A stretch of 62,912 nt of DNA, the filler included, from Choristocarpus tenellus KU-1152 (taxonomy: Eukaryota; Protista; Phaeophyceae): the NCBI GenBank assembly GCA_964200185.2. It is 10 parts of 10 records of this genome, joined end to end, with 100 filler letters (N's around TTAATTAATTAA, not from the genome) between each part and the next. Parts side by side here need not be neighbours in the genome. Positions count along the whole stretch, not along the records: positions 56,708 to 62,912 come from CAXNAD020008689.1; 9 more parts are not named here. One strand, given 5' to 3'. Below are positions 59,662 to 62,912 of the stretch, in pieces. Position 1 is the first letter of the stretch; each line of letters starts with the position of its first letter. The position numbers were made by a program, and so were the translations under genes. The notes under the pieces were generated by a model, which was not told the DNA's origin, ran no database searches, and saw only the letters and a program-made list of their open reading frames with translations.

Positions 59662-62600
59662 TGCTTCCCTAGCTGCTGGTGCCAGACTAAGCTAGGTTGG
59701 AGGCACAGGGAGGCAGTGGTGCAGCATAGCTGGTTGTAAAATAGTAAATAGAGATTAATGTCCTTCACATTTAGGACAACTGTTACTTTTTGGGGGATTT
59801 TTCTGACATGTGAATAGTTTTCATCGGTTTTTCCCCTGACACATTTCCAAATGTCAGAGGGCATAAAAATAAAATTAACGTTGACCATATCGTTTGACAA
59901 CCGTTTGTATGTTGTAATTGTCATGTATGGGTAGTCTATTGTACTATAAAGAGATAGCAGTAAACAGATCAGTCAAACCTGTCCACGACCAGCCTTGACT
60001 TGACATCTGGTGTTTACCAATTCCATCAATCCGTTTCAAATAGACTATATATACATACATATGTTGATGGAAGTTAAGATAAATGAACAATAGTGTGTTA
60101 ATTTTTGCCTCATCTCTCCTCATTTCGCATGGGTGGATACATGCGGTGGTGAAATATCATAAAATCACTTCGCACATCAACAGTCCTGTGTGCTAGAGAT
60201 GGCTGTTCATTACACCATGTCTCGTTTTCATGAAGTGTATTTATTGATCATAATAAAATGACTTACAAAGACAAAGACAGATTTAAGGTCACCACTGGTA
60301 AGTGAAGGAGTCTTCAGGCGCATCACATTTGTTGTTTTACCTTTTTTTCGTGGCATGATCCTTCCTGCAACATGATGTAATGGTCACACTGTCACCTCGC
60401 ATCATTTTGAGATTTGAGACACTAACATCTTCTGTCCTAGTTTCCACTTGGAATATTGTCGTAGATGTGAGCAATATATATCCAATGATCATATCAGAAT
60501 TGCGAGGAAGGAGAACCGTGCACACATTACATTGTCTATGGACTTCGTATGCTGTGTTGATCTTGATCATGTTGTACACGCGCATGTGTTTTCACACATA
60601 GAAACGTTGATCCAAATCATCATATCGCACCCATTCATTGAGCATCGTAAGATACAAACACTAGTCAACAGTAGTTGACATCGTAAAGTTCTCATGCCTC
60701 GTCTCCCCATTGTTGAGTATCTTTCGTTTTTACAAGATATCAGAGACCTATATGCTGGGCCGTATATCTCTCGACTGGTCTTTACGCTGAAGGGCATGGC
60801 TGGCCCCATGTCCTCAGACCTTGGGCTTATTGATGCTATGCTGATCGCATTCCATCAATCTCACTCGTGCGTAGGCTGACTGACACGCTGATCACACGAA
60901 CTCAGACCTCATAAAGTTCGATCGCTATGCTGAACCCATACCATTAATGATCAGATATTCGTTAATGCTGCGTTCAAATGCTGCAATTAATTTCGAATCA
61001 CGCTTATATGACTTCAAGGCTCATCAGAAGGATGGGTGATGTGGAAAGCATGTTGGTTGTCATACCATTATTGTTGTATGTCCCTATACTAACATACCAT
61101 TTGAGATGCTTTTCTGTAAACTTGGGTTAAATGTAGAGGATCTTCGGAACTATACACCTCCGTTACTCCACGTGACATCTTCATGAACATGTTTTTGGAA
61201 GGTGGACCGCCCATCTCTGAAGAGTTTCTTTTCTTATACTCATCCAACTGTTATCCTCCCCAATTCCTCTACACACTTGCACTTGTCCAACATTAACCTT
61301 GTCCTCTCAGTTATGCCGGTTTTACTTGCTCCGTCTGATCTATTTTGCCTGGTGATTCTATTCACCACCTTTGTCTGAGTGAATCATGCTGTCACAGAAC
61401 CACAAAACTCACAGATCTCAGAGCAAAAAGTAATCAAGAACTCCGTATCTTTGCCTTGTGGAGCACTGTGTAGACCCGATCTAGAAAGTAGTGCAACTTC
61501 AACATGAAGGGTGGTAAAGGAAGACTTGCCCCCTCCACAGCCATCACCATGATCACCATCCTGTCTCCTCTCTTGTCCTTAGACAATTCACCACCTTGCT
61601 CACCAGCCTGAATTGCAGTGCTAGCAACATAAACAACCGCCACTAGCTCATCCCTGAGATCCTGAATCCTCAACTGTGTTCTCCTGCTCTTCTAGTTTCA
61701 GCCATTCCTAAGTCCTAGGAATGATGTTGATGGTTGGGGAGCTTGCCAGCCTTCATCTCATGATCTTCTAATTCCTTTCTCAACTCATCGTCACGTTCTC
61801 TCTCTCTCTCCTCTCCCTTGTTGGACCTCCATGACACAGGTTTTGAAGATAACAATTTCTCACCCACTTTTCCTCGCCATCAAATTCCTCAAGGGCCTTG
61901 GCATGTGCATCAGGTGACATTTTTAGAAATTCTACTTAACCTTTGCGACCAGATCACATAACGGTTTGTCAAGTCACCCGTAGGGTAGCTCTCCTGGTCT
62001 CATACACAAACCCCGTGGTCATGGAATCCACTTGATCGAGGTACAAGGACAAAAAAGCAGACAGTGACTAATATGTTCCAAAATATCTGAGATCTGGACG
62101 TAGGGCTTGGTCACAGTTGACCAGCAGTTGGATGGCACAAACTACTGGTGTTGTGGAGAAAGTAGTACCACAACACACACATACAGAAGGTCATAAAAGC
62201 TTACCTCTGGGCGTCATGATTTCCTATCTGCCTTCGTATCGTCCTTCTCATTGCAAGAAGTTGCCTCTCAATATCTTCCTTACATGAACAAATTCTCGAG
62301 ATGGTCCTCATACCAACTCCTTCTCGCTTGGTTATTGCGGTTCATCTTTTGCCAACTTAGCAAGTCCATCCCGCACTACTCTATTCTCAATCAAAGATAA
62401 GTACCTCCTTCTGTCACCACCACCTGGTATGTTGTCCTTACCTCACCTCTGTGCTTTGCCGTGTTAGACAAGGTATTGGCCCCAACTGTGTTTTTTTGAA
62501 AAAAATTCCCTCACGCCGGGCCACTGCCTGATAGTATCAACTTGCCATCAGCAACAAGACCATTTCTATCTGGAGACGAAGAATTCACTGACATTGCGAC

Positions 62601-62912
62601 GGGCTCAACATCACTGTCACCCTTGTCACTCTTCTCATCAGGAGTGTGACAATCGAAGCAGTCTCCTACCTCATTATCCCCATCCAAATCATCCACACTT
62701 GCAAATTCCATGGAGGTAGTCTCCACACTGACATACATGCAGGGTGACGTAAAGAGCCGCCTCTTCTAGTACGGTAATGTACAAGAAAATATTAGCATCG
62801 TCTACAAGACCTTTGACAGAAGGCCTCATCAACTAACCCCCACCCCACCCAACCCCCTCTCCTCTCCCTCTTCCCCAAACCCTACCTCCCACAAGCTTCC
62901 AACTACACATTG

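Larger units (their letters stand above)
56927..59878 (+). mobile_element. CRE-like 3' remnant split by the Copia insertion (56927-57112 + 59662-59878)
   Basis: The left flank ends TTAGATTCTTGGGATGTTT and the right flank resumes TGCTTCCCTAGCT. These two segments are contiguous in the uninterrupted copy near 31913-31940. Confidence 0.75.

Noticed and set aside
1-62912. Fanzor/TnpB cargo with the mariner or Tc1 elements; giant-virus genes
   Set aside because: I recognised no RuvC-type or NCLDV hallmark motifs in any frame. A profile search would be needed to exclude highly decayed copies.

Overview
Eukaryotic, intron-rich nuclear DNA, most likely from an ochrophyte such as a brown alga or relative. 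That assignment is inferred from an ASAFAP-type plastid-targeting presequence and the TE repertoire, and it is not confirmed. The window is not one locus. It is 10 short contigs joined by artificial 100-bp N/TTAATTAATTAA/N linkers, so nothing can be inferred about neighbourhood across linkers. Host genes I reconstructed by hand-splicing: (1) a complete 6-exon plastid-targeted PRX5/PrxII-type peroxiredoxin, apparently with two GC-AG introns, head-to-head with a SHIPPO/PG-repeat (ODF3/STPG-like) protein; (2) a protein with an MBD-like module plus two related Trp-containing modules; (3) mitochondrial trans-2-enoyl-CoA reductase (MECR) head-to-head with a PPPDE/DeSI peptidase; (4) an RGS-domain gene fragment; (5) a CxxC-CxxC zinc-ribbon protein exon. 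The rest is mostly decayed, often nested TEs: an RTE-like LINE, CRE-like RLE retroelements, a plant-type mariner, Tc1-like and pogo-like transposases, a deleted Copia, a solo LTR, and about 20 MITEs of four internal types sharing GRNYCAAAGTA-like termini and mostly ANT 3-bp TSDs. I found no CRISPR array, rRNA/tRNA, Fanzor/TnpB or prokaryotic-type system, and I cannot claim a clearly novel multi-gene system. The best leads are the MBD-like repeat protein, the peroxiredoxin 5' architecture, the MITE network and a phased palindromic repeat.
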